In this document: positions 47,437-56,274 of the stretch, piece after piece
Numbering within the stretch: the first letter of the stretch is position 1
How the letters are laid out: every line of letters begins with the position of its first letter
Assembly (NCBI GenBank): GCA_016874675.1
Contig: VGTL01000003.1
Location: 11,346 to 75,345, forward strand
Length of the DNA stretch: 64,000 nt
Direction of reading: 5' to 3'
Source: Methanobacteriota archaeon
GTDB lineage: Archaea; Thermoplasmatota; DTKX01; VGTL01
Made by a program: the position numbers and the translations under genes
The notes under the pieces: model-generated
Told to the model about the DNA's origin: nothing
Seen by the model: the letters and a program-made list of their open reading frames with translations, nothing else
Database searches by the model: none

Positions 47437-48549
47437 GTGCTCTGCCTGGGCCTCGAGAGCACCGCGCACACCATCGGCGCCGGCGTCGTCGACGGGAGGT
47501 GCCGGGTGCTCGCAAACGAGCTGGAGTCGTACGTGCCGCCGGAGGGGGGCATCCACCCGAGGGAGGCCGCCAACCACCACGCCGAGCGCGTGGTGCCGGT
47601 CATTCGGGCGGCCGTGGAGAGTGCCGGCGTGCGGTTCTCCGAGCTGGACCTCGTCTCGTTCTCCCAGGGGCCGGGCCTGGGTCCCTGCCTGCGGACCGGC
47701 GCCACGGCGGCGCGCTCGCTTGCGGTCTCGCTGGGATTGCCCATCATCGGGGTCAACCACTGCATCGCCCACCTGGAGATCGGCCGCGGCGCCACCGGCG
47801 CCCGGGACCCGGTCCTGCTCTACGTCTCGGGCGGGAACACGCAGGTCATCGCCTACATGGCGGGCCGCTACCGGATATTCGGCGAGACCCTGGACATCGG
47901 CGTGGGGAACCTTTTGGACAAGTTCGGCCGGGGCATGGGCCTGGCCTTCCCGGCGGGGCCCAAGATAGAGAAACTTGCCCTGGAGTACGCCGCGCAAAAC
48001 GAATCCGGGGGCCGGGTGCCGGGGGCCGGGTCGCCAAGCCCGTCGCCCGGCGCATCGATCGTCACCCGGCCCCCGGCACCCGGCCCCGTCCCGGCCCCCG
48101 GCACCCGGCACCCGGCACCCGGCTACCTCCCATTGCCCTACTCGGTCAAGGGAATGGACATCTCGTTCTCCGGGATACTCACGGCCGCGGAAGTGAGAAG
48201 GCGCGAGGGCGTGCCCGTCCCGCAGCTTTGCTTCTCGATGCAGGAGACGATCTTCGCGATGCTGGTGGAGGTCACCGAGCGCGCGATGGCCCACGTCGAG
48301 AAGGACGAGGTGGTCCTGGGCGGGGGCGTGGCGGCCAACGCCCGGCTGCGCCAGATGCTGGGACGGATGGCGGCCGACCGGGGCGCCAGGATGTTCGTCC
48401 CGGAGAAGCGCCTCTGCATCGACAACGGCGCGATGATCGCCTGGCTGGGCATCCTCATGCACCGGTCGGGCGTCCGGATGCCAGTCCGGGGGACCCGGAT
48501 TCGCCAGCGGTTCCGCACCGACGAGGTGGAGGTCGCATGGCGCGATTGA
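47437..48549 (+). CDS. kae1: tRNA N6-adenosine threonylcarbamoyltransferase Kae1, carrying a roughly 35-aa Pro/Gly-rich in-frame insertion.
   Basis: MLCLGLESTAHTIGAGVV...VNHCIAHLEIGR...LLYVSGGNTQV... The insertion ESGGRVPGAGSPSPSPGASIVTRPPAPGPVPAPGTRHPAPGY is encoded by a repeat element. Confidence 0.9.
   Translation: MLCLGLESTAHTIGAGVVDGRCRVLANELESYVPPEGGIHPREAANHHAERVVPVIRAAVESAGVRFSELDLVSFSQGPGLGPCLRTGATAARSLAVSLGLPIIGVNHCIAHLEIGRGATGARDPVLLYVSGGNTQVIAYMAGRYRIFGETLDIGVGNLLDKFGRGMGLAFPAGPKIEKLALEYAAQNESGGRVPGAGSPSPSPGASIVTRPPAPGPVPAPGTRHPAPGYLPLPYSVKGMDISFSGILTAAEVRRREGVPVPQLCFSMQETIFAMLVEVTERAMAHVEKDEVVLGGGVAANARLRQMLGRMAADRGARMFVPEKRLCIDNGAMIAWLGILMHRSGVRMPVRGTRIRQRFRTDEVEVAWRD
48020..48130. 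repeat. CCGGCACC-unit composite palindrome inserted in-frame within kae1.
   Basis: ccgggggccgggtgccgggggccgggtcgcc ... cccggcacccggccccgtcccggcccccggcacccggcacccggcacccggc. The same CCGGCACC unit array recurs intergenically at 56995-57045. Confidence 0.65.
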
Positions 48550-49193
48550 GGAAGGGCGCAAGGCGCATGGCGCAAGGCGCCGAGGCCGAGCTCCGCCTGG
48601 TGGACTGGATGGGCCGGAAGGCGGTCGCCAAGCGGCGGGTCCCCAAGCCCTACCGCCTCCCGGAGCTGGACCGCGCGCTGCGCCAGTCGCGCACGAGGCT
48701 CGAGGCGCGGCTTCTGCGCCTAAGCCGCCTGGCGGGCGTCCCGGCCCCGCTGGTCTACGACGTCGACCTCGCCGACGACTCCTGCACCCTGACCATGGAG
48801 TTCATCGCGGGCGAGCAGGCCAAGCGCCTGCTCAACCGCCTCCCGCTCCCGGCGGCCCGCAGGCTCTCGCGCCAAATCGGGGAGGCCGTCGGGAGGCTCC
48901 ATACCGGCGGAATAGTCCACGGCGACCTCACGACCTCGAACATGCTCCTGAGCGGCGGCACCCTCTACTTCATCGACTTCGGGCTGGGCGCAGCGACCGG
49001 GGAGCTCGAGGCCCAGGGGGTCGACCTGCGCGTGCTCAAGGAGGCCTTCGGCAGCACCCACGCCCACATCGGCCGGTGCTTCGACGACATGATGGCCGGC
49101 TACCGGGCCGCCTACCGAAGCGGCGCCGAGGCGGAGAGGCGCCTGAGGGAGATAGAGGGCCGGGGCCGCTATTCGGACCAGGTGGAAGGATGA
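48537..49193 (+). CDS. bud32: Bud32/PRPK-like atypical serine kinase (KEOPS subunit).
   Basis: ...GAEAELRLVDWMGRKAVAKRRVPKPYRLPELDRALR...HTGGIVHGDLTTSNML...LYFIDFGLG.... The start overlaps the kae1 stop. The first codons run through a GCGCAAGG repeat fragment. Confidence 0.8.
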   Translation: MARLRKGARRMAQGAEAELRLVDWMGRKAVAKRRVPKPYRLPELDRALRQSRTRLEARLLRLSRLAGVPAPLVYDVDLADDSCTLTMEFIAGEQAKRLLNRLPLPAARRLSRQIGEAVGRLHTGGIVHGDLTTSNMLLSGGTLYFIDFGLGAATGELEAQGVDLRVLKEAFGSTHAHIGRCFDDMMAGYRAAYRSGAEAERRLREIEGRGRYSDQVEG

Positions 49194-49759
49194 GGCTTTT
49201 GCTCGTTTCGGGCAACGAAGGGAAGTTCCGGGAGTTTCGGGAGGCGCTGGGGAGACGGGGCCACCGGCTGGAGTGGAAGCGGTTCCCCTACCCGGAGGTC
49301 CAGTCGGCCTCCCTCGACGAGGTGGTGGGGGAGGCCCTGGCCTGGCTTAGGGCGAGGCTGGGCGAATCCGAGCCCTTCATGATCGACGACTCGGGCCTCT
49401 TCGTCCCGGCGCTCAACGACTTCCCCGGCGTCTTCTCGGCCTACGTCCTCCGGACGGTCGGCAATCCCGGGATGCTCCGTCTGATGGAGGGCGTGGGGGA
49501 CCGCCGGGCGCGCTTCGAGGCGCGCCTGGGCCTCTGGAGCCGGGAGACCGGCCAGAGGATATTTCCGGGCAGGGTGGACGGCAGGATAGGGACGGAGGCG
49601 AGGGGGGCCGGCGGCTTCGGCTTCGACCCGATATTCGTCCCTGAGGGCCGCGACCGCACCTTCGCCGAGATCTCCGTCGAGGAGAAGAACTCGTTCTCCC
49701 ACCGCGGAAGGGCGGTGGCGGCGCTCTTGGATTTCCTGGAGGGGCGGGCCGGCCGCTGA
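49190..49759 (+). CDS. rdgB: Non-canonical purine NTP pyrophosphatase (RdgB/HAM1/ITPase).
   Basis: MRLLLVSGNEGKFREF...GFGFDPIFVPEG...TFAEIS.EEKN.FSHRGRA.... The ATG overlaps the bud32 stop (ATGA). Confidence 0.8.
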   Translation: MRLLLVSGNEGKFREFREALGRRGHRLEWKRFPYPEVQSASLDEVVGEALAWLRARLGESEPFMIDDSGLFVPALNDFPGVFSAYVLRTVGNPGMLRLMEGVGDRRARFEARLGLWSRETGQRIFPGRVDGRIGTEARGAGGFGFDPIFVPEGRDRTFAEISVEEKNSFSHRGRAVAALLDFLEGRAGR

Positions 49760-49774
49760 CGGGCCGGGGGCGCC

Positions 49775-50749
49775 TCAGATTATCGTGAACGAGAGGCCGG
49801 CGCTAGCCCGGTTGCCCGCCCCGTCCTCGGCGACCAGGGTCAGGTTGTGGGCGCCCTGCGACCAGCGCATGTCGGAGGCGGTGGGCTTGACAAGGTAGAC
49901 ATTGTCGCGCAGGTAGTCGCTTTTCAGGTTTGAGTAGCTCCTGACGGGCTTGAGGAAGTGCTTCTCCGTGCTGGCATCCAGGGTGTAGTGGAAGCCGGAG
50001 ATCATCGCGTTGTCATGCACCCGGATGTAGATTGGCGTGCCCAGCGTGAGGTTGGTGCCGTTGACGATGGCGATGATATCGATGACCGGGGGCTCCGAGG
50101 CGACGATCTCGGTCTGGCGCTCCAGAGAGGAGGTCCGGCCGGTGCCGTCCTCCACCCGGACGATGTATCCGTACACGCCCGTCTCGGTGTAGTTGAGCTC
50201 CAGCTGGTGGAGCCGGGCGTCGATCTGGACGAAGTCGTCCCGCGTGACGGTCAACCCGTTGGGCGGCAGGACGAGCTCGGCAGTCATGGCGTTTATCCCC
50301 GAGTTCTCCATCACATCTATCGAGAGCCGCAGGCTGCCGCCCAGCTCCTGGTGCTTGGGCGTGCGGTCGACGAGCTGCGGGGGCGACAGGTCCATGATGG
50401 GCGGGTTGACGAGGAGTATCCAGAACGCGAGCCAGCACATGAAGTAGGAGAAGAAGAGCCCCGGCCACTTCATTCCCTCCATCTTGCGGGTGATGATGCG
50501 CAGGCGGTCCAGCATCGGCTTGAGCGCGAGCGCGGCCAGCACGCCGACCGCGAGCCCGATGTGCCACGAGCCGCTCAGGACGAAGACGGCCGTGGATATC
50601 AAGGCCGCGAGGAGCCCCCAGAGGGCCGCCACGAGGGTGCCCCTGGCGAGCTCGACCTCGCCGAGATAGTAGCCCTTCTCGTCGAAGGGCGGGGGGGCGA
50701 ACTCCTCCTCCTCGTCCTCCGCCGCCTTGCGAAGCTTCTTCTTGGCCAT
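49775..50749 (-). CDS. Hypothetical membrane protein: acidic N-terminus, three TM helices and an extracellular beta-rich domain.
   Basis: TM segments LVAALWGLLAALISTAVFVL, IGLAVGVLAALAL and LFFSYFMCWLAFWILLV. No family recognised. Confidence 0.4.
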   Translation of the reverse strand: MAKKKLRKAAEDEEEEFAPPPFDEKGYYLGEVELARGTLVAALWGLLAALISTAVFVLSGSWHIGLAVGVLAALALKPMLDRLRIITRKMEGMKWPGLFFSYFMCWLAFWILLVNPPIMDLSPPQLVDRTPKHQELGGSLRLSIDVMENSGINAMTAELVLPPNGLTVTRDDFVQIDARLHQLELNYTETGVYGYIVRVEDGTGRTSSLERQTEIVASEPPVIDIIAIVNGTNLTLGTPIYIRVHDNAMISGFHYTLDASTEKHFLKPVRSYSNLKSDYLRDNVYLVKPTASDMRWSQGAHNLTLVAEDGAGNRASAGLSFTII

Positions 50750-50828
50750 GCCGGGACCTCAAACACCGGACGGTTATTAATTGTTGCCCCACGGATGGGT
50801 TTAATAGCCACGGGTGGGATTTTGGGGC

Positions 50829-51713
50829 ATGGGCGGACGGGGAACAGGGAGCAGGGGGCAGGGGGCAGGGGGCAGAAGGCGGAGGGCAGGGGGCGCTGAG
50901 CGGGCGCGAGCGGAGAGGCAATATCACATCGCGCTCTCGCCGGGGGAGCTTGCCGAGCATGTCCTGCTTTGCGGGGACCCGGACCGGGCGGCCCGGGTGG
51001 CCTCCCGCTTCGACGAGGTGCGATTCGAGCGCCGCCACCGCGAGTACATCACGTTCACCGGCAGGTGGGAAGGCGCGGACCTCTCGGTGATGTCGACGGG
51101 CATCGGGCCCGACAACACCGAGATAGCCGTCATCGAGATCTCCCGGGTGTGCCGGCGCCCCACGCTCATAAGGATAGGCAGCTGCGGGGCGCTGCAGGAA
51201 AGAATGAGGCTCGGCGACCTCGTGATCTCGGCCGGCGCGGTCCGGCTCGAGAACACCTCGACCTTCTTCGTCCATGAAGGGTACCCGGCCGTCTCCGACT
51301 GCGAGGTCCTGCTGGCGCTGGTCGCGGCCGCCGCGCGCAGGGGGCACCGCCACCACGTCGGGCTGACCGCCACGGCGCCCGGCTTCTACGGCGCCCAGTG
51401 CCGGGCCGTCGATGGCTTCCCTCTCAGGCGGCCGGGCCTCATCGGCGAGCTCGCCGCCCAGGGCGTGCTGAACTACGAGATGGAGACGAGCGCACTGCTG
51501 ACGCTGGCCTCCCTGCGCGGCCTGCGCGCCGGGGCGGTGTGCGCGGTCTTTGCCCACCGGCCGTCGGGCCGGTTCATCGACGGCAGGGACATCCCGCGCG
51601 TCGAGGCCCGCTGCATCGAGACGGGGCTGGAGGCGGTGCGCGTCCTGCGCCGGATGGACGAGGTGAAGCGGGCCGCCGGCGCGACCAGGTGGACGCCGGA
51701 GATGAGGATATGA
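50829..51713 (+). CDS. Purine/uridine nucleoside phosphorylase family (PNP_UDP_1) enzyme.
   Basis: ...QYHIALSPGELAEHVLLCGDPDRAARVASRFDEV...ITFTGRWEGADLSVMSTGIGPDNTEIAVIEI...NYEMETSALLTLA.... The N-terminal roughly 30 codons are Gly/Arg-rich and encoded by a GGGCAGGG repeat array. Start uncertain (GTG 50814 or ATG 50829). Confidence 0.65.
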   Translation: MGGRGTGSRGQGAGGRRRRAGGAERARAERQYHIALSPGELAEHVLLCGDPDRAARVASRFDEVRFERRHREYITFTGRWEGADLSVMSTGIGPDNTEIAVIEISRVCRRPTLIRIGSCGALQERMRLGDLVISAGAVRLENTSTFFVHEGYPAVSDCEVLLALVAAAARRGHRHHVGLTATAPGFYGAQCRAVDGFPLRRPGLIGELAAQGVLNYEMETSALLTLASLRGLRAGAVCAVFAHRPSGRFIDGRDIPRVEARCIETGLEAVRVLRRMDEVKRAAGATRWTPEMRI

Positions 51714-51714
51714 G

Positions 51715-51835
51715 GGAAGGGGAGCGGGCAGCGGTGGACGACGGGGGCCGCTTCGTCACCGCTCCCCGCTGCCCGCTGCCCGCTCCCCTTCCCATTGCCC
51801 CGTGACCCGTGCCCCTTGCCCCTTGCCCGGTGCGG
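51715..51835. repeat. Composite palindrome (GGGCAGCG ... CGCTGCCCGCTGCCC, plus CCCCTTGCC units).
   Basis: gggaaggggagcgggcagcggtggacgacgggggccgcttcgtcaccgctccccgctgcccgctgcccgctcccc. Confidence 0.7.
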
Positions 51836-51836
51836 T

Positions 51837-52319
51837 CTATTTCTTGTACCCGATCTTCCGCAGAAACTCCCGTCGCTCCCTGACATCGGCGTCGGTCTCG
51901 AGGCCCCGGCTCCTCTCGCCGTCGATGACGCCCAGGATGCCCCGGCCGCGCTCGTTTTGGGCGATTATCACGTCCACCTCGTTGGCCGTGGCGCAGATGA
52001 TTTGGCAGACCTCCGGAACCTCGCGCAGGGCGCGCAGGATGTTGATGGGGTAGGCGTCCTTCAGGGCGATGAAGAAGGTGTGGCCGGCCGAGAGTGCCAG
52101 GGCGTTCTTCGCCGCTATCCTCTTCATCTCCTCGTCGTTGCCCTCGACGCGCACCAGGCACTTCGTGGAGGCCTCGCAGAAGGCCACGCCGAACCTCGAT
52201 TGCGGCACGGCGTTCACCACCGCCTCGTAGACGTCCTCGGCGGTCTTGATGAAGTGGGACTGACCTATCACTATGTTCAGGCCCTCGGGCTTCTCTATCC
52301 TCACGCTGGCTAGCTCCAT
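51837..52319 (-). CDS. Small conserved archaeal protein resembling the adenosine-specific kinase family (PF04008-like).
   Basis: MELASVRIEKPEGLNIVIGQSHFIKTAEDVYEAVVNAVPQSRFGVAFCEAS.... Family assignment is from memory only. Confidence 0.35.
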   Translation of the reverse strand: MELASVRIEKPEGLNIVIGQSHFIKTAEDVYEAVVNAVPQSRFGVAFCEASTKCLVRVEGNDEEMKRIAAKNALALSAGHTFFIALKDAYPINILRALREVPEVCQIICATANEVDVIIAQNERGRGILGVIDGERSRGLETDADVRERREFLRKIGYKK

Positions 52320-52372
52320 CCGCTCACCGCCCTCCCGGAGGGGCCCGGCGGGATTTAAAACCATCCGCCCCG

Positions 52373-55129
52373 TCAGTTGAGGTAGCAGCGGGTGAGGCGC
52401 CCCTCGCGGTCCAGCCGGACGGCCCCGGCGGCGACCAGGTTGCGGATGTGGTAGTTCACGACCTGGCTGCTCACGCCCATCCTCCGGGCGAGCTCGTTTT
52501 GGGTTATCCCGGGCGAGGAGCGGACGTTCTCCAGAACTATCTCCTGGATGGCGCTGAACTCGCTCCTGCGGCGGGGCAGCAGGGCGGAATCCGGGTAGAA
52601 GCGCTTGAACATCCCGTCGCGCGTGGTTTTCACGTAGCCCTCCCTCTCGAGCACCCGCAGGTGGTAGGCCAGCGTCCCGTTCTTGAGCCTAAGCTGGGCC
52701 TTTATGGAGTTGTAGTGCTCCCCGGGGTTGGCGATTATGTAGCCGTGGATCTTGCCCCGCGTGTACTGGTCGAGCACCTCCTCCCGGCGCAGCTTGACAT
52801 AGACCGGCAGCAGGAGGTTGAGCATCGCGACCAGCACCACCTCGTTCCAGCCCAGGGCCAGACCGCCCAGCACCAGGAAGACCGCCAGGGCCATCCCCAG
52901 CCCCTCCATCGAGACCACGGGGCCTCCTCGGGGTGCGGGCTGGAGCGTGACGGTCACGGTCTGGGGCTCCGCCGAGACGCCCTCCCCGACCGCCTGTATC
53001 GTCAGTGTGCCTTTCGTGACCGCGCCCGTGGGGCCGGACGGGCGGAGCAACACCAGGAAGGTGTGGTTCTCGCCGGCGCGCAGGTCCCGGGGGAGCTCCG
53101 TCACCTGGTACGCGAGCCCCAGCTCCTCGGCGCCGGTGATCCTGAGCGTCACGTTGCCTATGTCGGAGCCGGTGCAAAGCACCGAGACCGGGAACGTGAG
53201 CCCCTCCCCGCCGGTGAGGGTGATGGACCGGTCCCGGGGGTGGACCCGGAGCCTCGGCCAAAGCTCGGCCGGGTCGAGGTCCCTGACCGTGACGAAGAGG
53301 ATTCTCTCCACGACCAGGTCCGGCCGCCCCAGCGAGCTGGCGCGCACGATGATGGGGTAGATGCTGACCGTCACCGCGCTCCCGGGGACAGTGATGTCCA
53401 GCCGCACCACCTTGAGCTCGCCGGGGGAGACCGGGACGAAGGAGGTGTCGAACCGGCCCCAGGCGGCGAAGTCGCCGGCGAGCGCCACGGTCGCCTCGTC
53501 GGGGGCGTTGCCGGTGTTCCCCAGCGTGAACAGCACCGTCAGGCGGTTGGAGACGAAGAGGTTGACCTCGCGGGCGGGCCCGCCCATCGGCTCGAGCTCC
53601 AGGCCGCGGACGGGCGCCACCTCCACCTCGAACACTAGCTCGCGCAGGGGGCCCAGCTCCGGGTCGGAGAGGCGGACCCTCACGAGGTGCGTGCCGGCGG
53701 GCGACCGGTTGAAATCCGGCGACGGCTCCACCCTCAGCACCGCGCCCGCGGAGGCGCCCGGGCGGACGGAGTCGGCCCGTTCGGGCTCGACCGAGGCGTC
53801 CCATCCGGCCGGCGCCTCCGAGACCTCGTACAGGACGGTCCGGGGGGCGTTGCCGGAGTTGGTGAAGCCGAACGGGAACTGGACCGCCCGGCCCGGCTCT
53901 ACCGGGTGGGGGGAGGGGAAGTGCTCCTGCGGCACGGTTATCCCCCTGACCGGGAGGACCGCAAGCCGGACCTCCTCGGTCCTCTCGAACTCTTTCCCGG
54001 GCGGGCCGGAGGAGCGCGCCGTGAGCAATGCGATGTAGGTGTCGCCCGCCAGGGCGTTGTGCGGCGGGGTCACGCGCAGGTCGGTGGAGGCCAGCCTCCC
54101 GGGGGCGATGGCCAGCCTGTCCTTGCCGAACCCGAATGTCCAGGAGGACGAAGGAAACACAGCGCGCACTCCCAGCGTCACGGTATCGTCGCCGTTCCCC
54201 AGGTTGACCACGGAGACGGTGAACACGGCCTGCTGCCCGGGGAGCAGGGAGGCCGAGGGGGGCGCGACCCCCAGGCTCAGGCCGAATGTCTGGTTCACCC
54301 GGAGGACTGTGGAGTTGGTGTCCTGGCGGCCCGGGTCGCGCTCGGAGGCGACGCTCATCGAGAGCTGCACGCCGTCCGTGCCGCCGCTGGGCCGGATGTC
54401 GAAGGGCAGCTGGACCCGCACCCTCTTGACGGCCCTCTCGCCGGGCGCCAGGGTCGCCGTCCAGCTGTCCTGGCCCTCCAGCGCCGGATTGATGCTGAGC
54501 ACGGATGCGGTTACCGAGGTCACGTTGAACCGGTCCTTGCCGTTCCCGGTATTGACTATCGTGAAATCGAACCGAAGCAGGTTGCCGGGATCGCCCGACT
54601 GCGGCGGCGGGGCGTCCAGGTGGACGCCGGCAAACTGCCTGATGTCGAGGTTGATGGAGATGGAGTTGGCGGTGGCGCCGGTCTCGTTGCCCCTGATATT
54701 GAACGTGTATCGCTTGGCCTCGGCGTCGGCGGCCGGGTACAGGACGAGAAATACGGTCCCCGTCTCGCCGGGGGAGAGCTCGAACGGCACGGATGGCAAG
54801 AAGTTGTACGACCAATTGTTCCCGACAGGCCAAGGGTACAGTTCGAGGATGAGAAAGCCCGAGCCTCCGTTGTTCTTGACCTGGAAGCCGAACGTCGCGG
54901 ACTTCTGCGACGTGGTCGGGTCGACATACTTCGTGGCGTTGACCGGGAGGATGGAGAGGATGTAGTCCGGCTCCCGCGCCGCGGCGCCGCATTCGCCCCC
55001 GCCGCCTCCCTCGCCGCCCCCGCATCCGGAGGCGGCCGCAAGCCCGGGCAGGAGGAAGAGGCCGGCCAGGAGCAGGACCCGCAGGGGCCCGATTCGCCCC
55101 CCCCGCCGGCCGCCGGATAGCCCTTTCAC
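52373..55129 (-). CDS. Membrane-tethered transcription regulator of 918 aa. It has a signal/lipobox-like N-terminus, about 700 aa of extracellular CARDB-like beta-sandwich domains, TM helices and a cytoplasmic tandem winged-HTH.
   Basis: N-terminus MKGLSGGRRGGRIGPLRVLLLAGLFLLPGLAAASGC. TM helix MALAVFLVLGGLALGWNEVVLVAMLNLLLPVYV. C-terminus ...KIHGYIIANPGEHYNSIKAQLRLKNGTLAYHLRVLEREGYV... and ...GITQNELARRMGVSSQVVNYHIRNLVAAGAV.... Confidence 0.6.
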   Translation of the reverse strand: MKGLSGGRRGGRIGPLRVLLLAGLFLLPGLAAASGCGGGEGGGGGECGAAAREPDYILSILPVNATKYVDPTTSQKSATFGFQVKNNGGSGFLILELYPWPVGNNWSYNFLPSVPFELSPGETGTVFLVLYPAADAEAKRYTFNIRGNETGATANSISINLDIRQFAGVHLDAPPPQSGDPGNLLRFDFTIVNTGNGKDRFNVTSVTASVLSINPALEGQDSWTATLAPGERAVKRVRVQLPFDIRPSGGTDGVQLSMSVASERDPGRQDTNSTVLRVNQTFGLSLGVAPPSASLLPGQQAVFTVSVVNLGNGDDTVTLGVRAVFPSSSWTFGFGKDRLAIAPGRLASTDLRVTPPHNALAGDTYIALLTARSSGPPGKEFERTEEVRLAVLPVRGITVPQEHFPSPHPVEPGRAVQFPFGFTNSGNAPRTVLYEVSEAPAGWDASVEPERADSVRPGASAGAVLRVEPSPDFNRSPAGTHLVRVRLSDPELGPLRELVFEVEVAPVRGLELEPMGGPAREVNLFVSNRLTVLFTLGNTGNAPDEATVALAGDFAAWGRFDTSFVPVSPGELKVVRLDITVPGSAVTVSIYPIIVRASSLGRPDLVVERILFVTVRDLDPAELWPRLRVHPRDRSITLTGGEGLTFPVSVLCTGSDIGNVTLRITGAEELGLAYQVTELPRDLRAGENHTFLVLLRPSGPTGAVTKGTLTIQAVGEGVSAEPQTVTVTLQPAPRGGPVVSMEGLGMALAVFLVLGGLALGWNEVVLVAMLNLLLPVYVKLRREEVLDQYTRGKIHGYIIANPGEHYNSIKAQLRLKNGTLAYHLRVLEREGYVKTTRDGMFKRFYPDSALLPRRRSEFSAIQEIVLENVRSSPGITQNELARRMGVSSQVVNYHIRNLVAAGAVRLDREGRLTRCYLN

Positions 55130-55237
55130 GCTCCCACCACCTTGAACAATCTGTCCGCGGACCTAATGAACATTGGCATTGGACCCTTCTGGGACCCCTT
55201 CTTATATCAATTGTTTAGTACGCGTTTTGATGATGGC

Positions 55238-55885
55238 TTAAGCCTTGTGGTGGGCATCTTGATGGACAACTGCCCCGGATGACCCGCGCGATATCTCCGC
55301 CTCCACGACGGCCCGATGGATGCGCGCCCGGCCGGCCCTCTGCTCCCAGTCCCTCTCCTGCACGTGCAGCTCCCCCGCCCCCGGGAATAGGAGGCCCACC
55401 TCCCCGGGCGTGAAGTAGTGGTGCCATATCCCGTCGCCGCGCTCGAAGGTCGCCGGCTCCACCTCCCGCCCCCTTCCGAAGCGGGCGTCGGCGGTCGAGA
55501 ACCCCTCGAAGAACAGCCTGCCCCCGGCCCGGACGACCCGGAGCATCTCGGAGGCGGCGGCCCTGCGGCCCTCCTCGGGGAGGTGGCCCAGCACGTGGCG
55601 GCAGAGCACCGCGTCGAAGCTCCCGTCGCGAAAGGGCAGCGCGGCGACCTCCGCCCGGACCAGCCGTCCGGGGCAGCGGCCGGCAAGGGCGCGCAGCGCC
55701 GAGCGGGCGATGTCCACGCCGACGACCGTCAGGCCGGGGAGGTGGCGCGAAAGGGGGACGAGCAGCCGGCCGCCCCCGCAGCCGGTCTCCAAGACAAGCG
55801 CGCCCTGCGGGAGGTCGGGCAGGACGACCGCACCGCTCCACGGCCGCCGCCGCGTTTCGTAGAAGCGCTCCCAGGCTTCTTTCAT
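55238..55885 (-). CDS. Class I SAM-dependent methyltransferase.
   Basis: VLETGCGGGRLL (motif I) ...GSFDAVLC...VVRAGGRLFF. Confidence 0.7.
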   Translation of the reverse strand: MKEAWERFYETRRRPWSGAVVLPDLPQGALVLETGCGGGRLLVPLSRHLPGLTVVGVDIARSALRALAGRCPGRLVRAEVAALPFRDGSFDAVLCRHVLGHLPEEGRRAAASEMLRVVRAGGRLFFEGFSTADARFGRGREVEPATFERGDGIWHHYFTPGEVGLLFPGAGELHVQERDWEQRAGRARIHRAVVEAEISRGSSGAVVHQDAHHKA

Positions 55886-56178
55886 CCTTGGAACATCCTC
55901 TCCAGGGCCTCGCGCGCGGTCATGCCCTCGGTGATGCCGAGCTTCCGGGCCTCGTCGGACACGTTGGCCACCCTGGCGTCCAGGAGGTCCTCGAAGGTCC
56001 TCACCCCAATGACGCGCACCGCCACCTCGCCCGCCTTGTTGACGGAGTCCATGTTCAGGTACCCGCACATGGCGAAGCCCCGGTCGGCGCGGACCATGAC
56101 CAGGGGCGCCTTGGGCAGGTCGACCTTCACGCCGAGGGCGACGCCCTTTCCCAGGCGGATGTGTTCCACAAGCGGCAT
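55882..56178 (-). CDS. Small conserved hypothetical protein (DUF1805/YunC-like), 98 aa.
   Basis: MPLVEHIRLGKGVALGVKVDLPKAPLVMVRADRGFAMCGYLNMDSVNKAGEVAVRVIGV.... Overlaps the methyltransferase start by 4 nt. Confidence 0.35.
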   Translation of the reverse strand: MPLVEHIRLGKGVALGVKVDLPKAPLVMVRADRGFAMCGYLNMDSVNKAGEVAVRVIGVRTFEDLLDARVANVSDEARKLGITEGMTAREALERMFQG

Positions 56179-56274
56179 CTGGAGGGCCTCCCGCCGCGGT
56201 GATTCCCCCTTCCCGATATATCGGTTCCGGTGGGGCAAACCAGATAATCCGGCAAGACACTGGATGTCGAGCCC

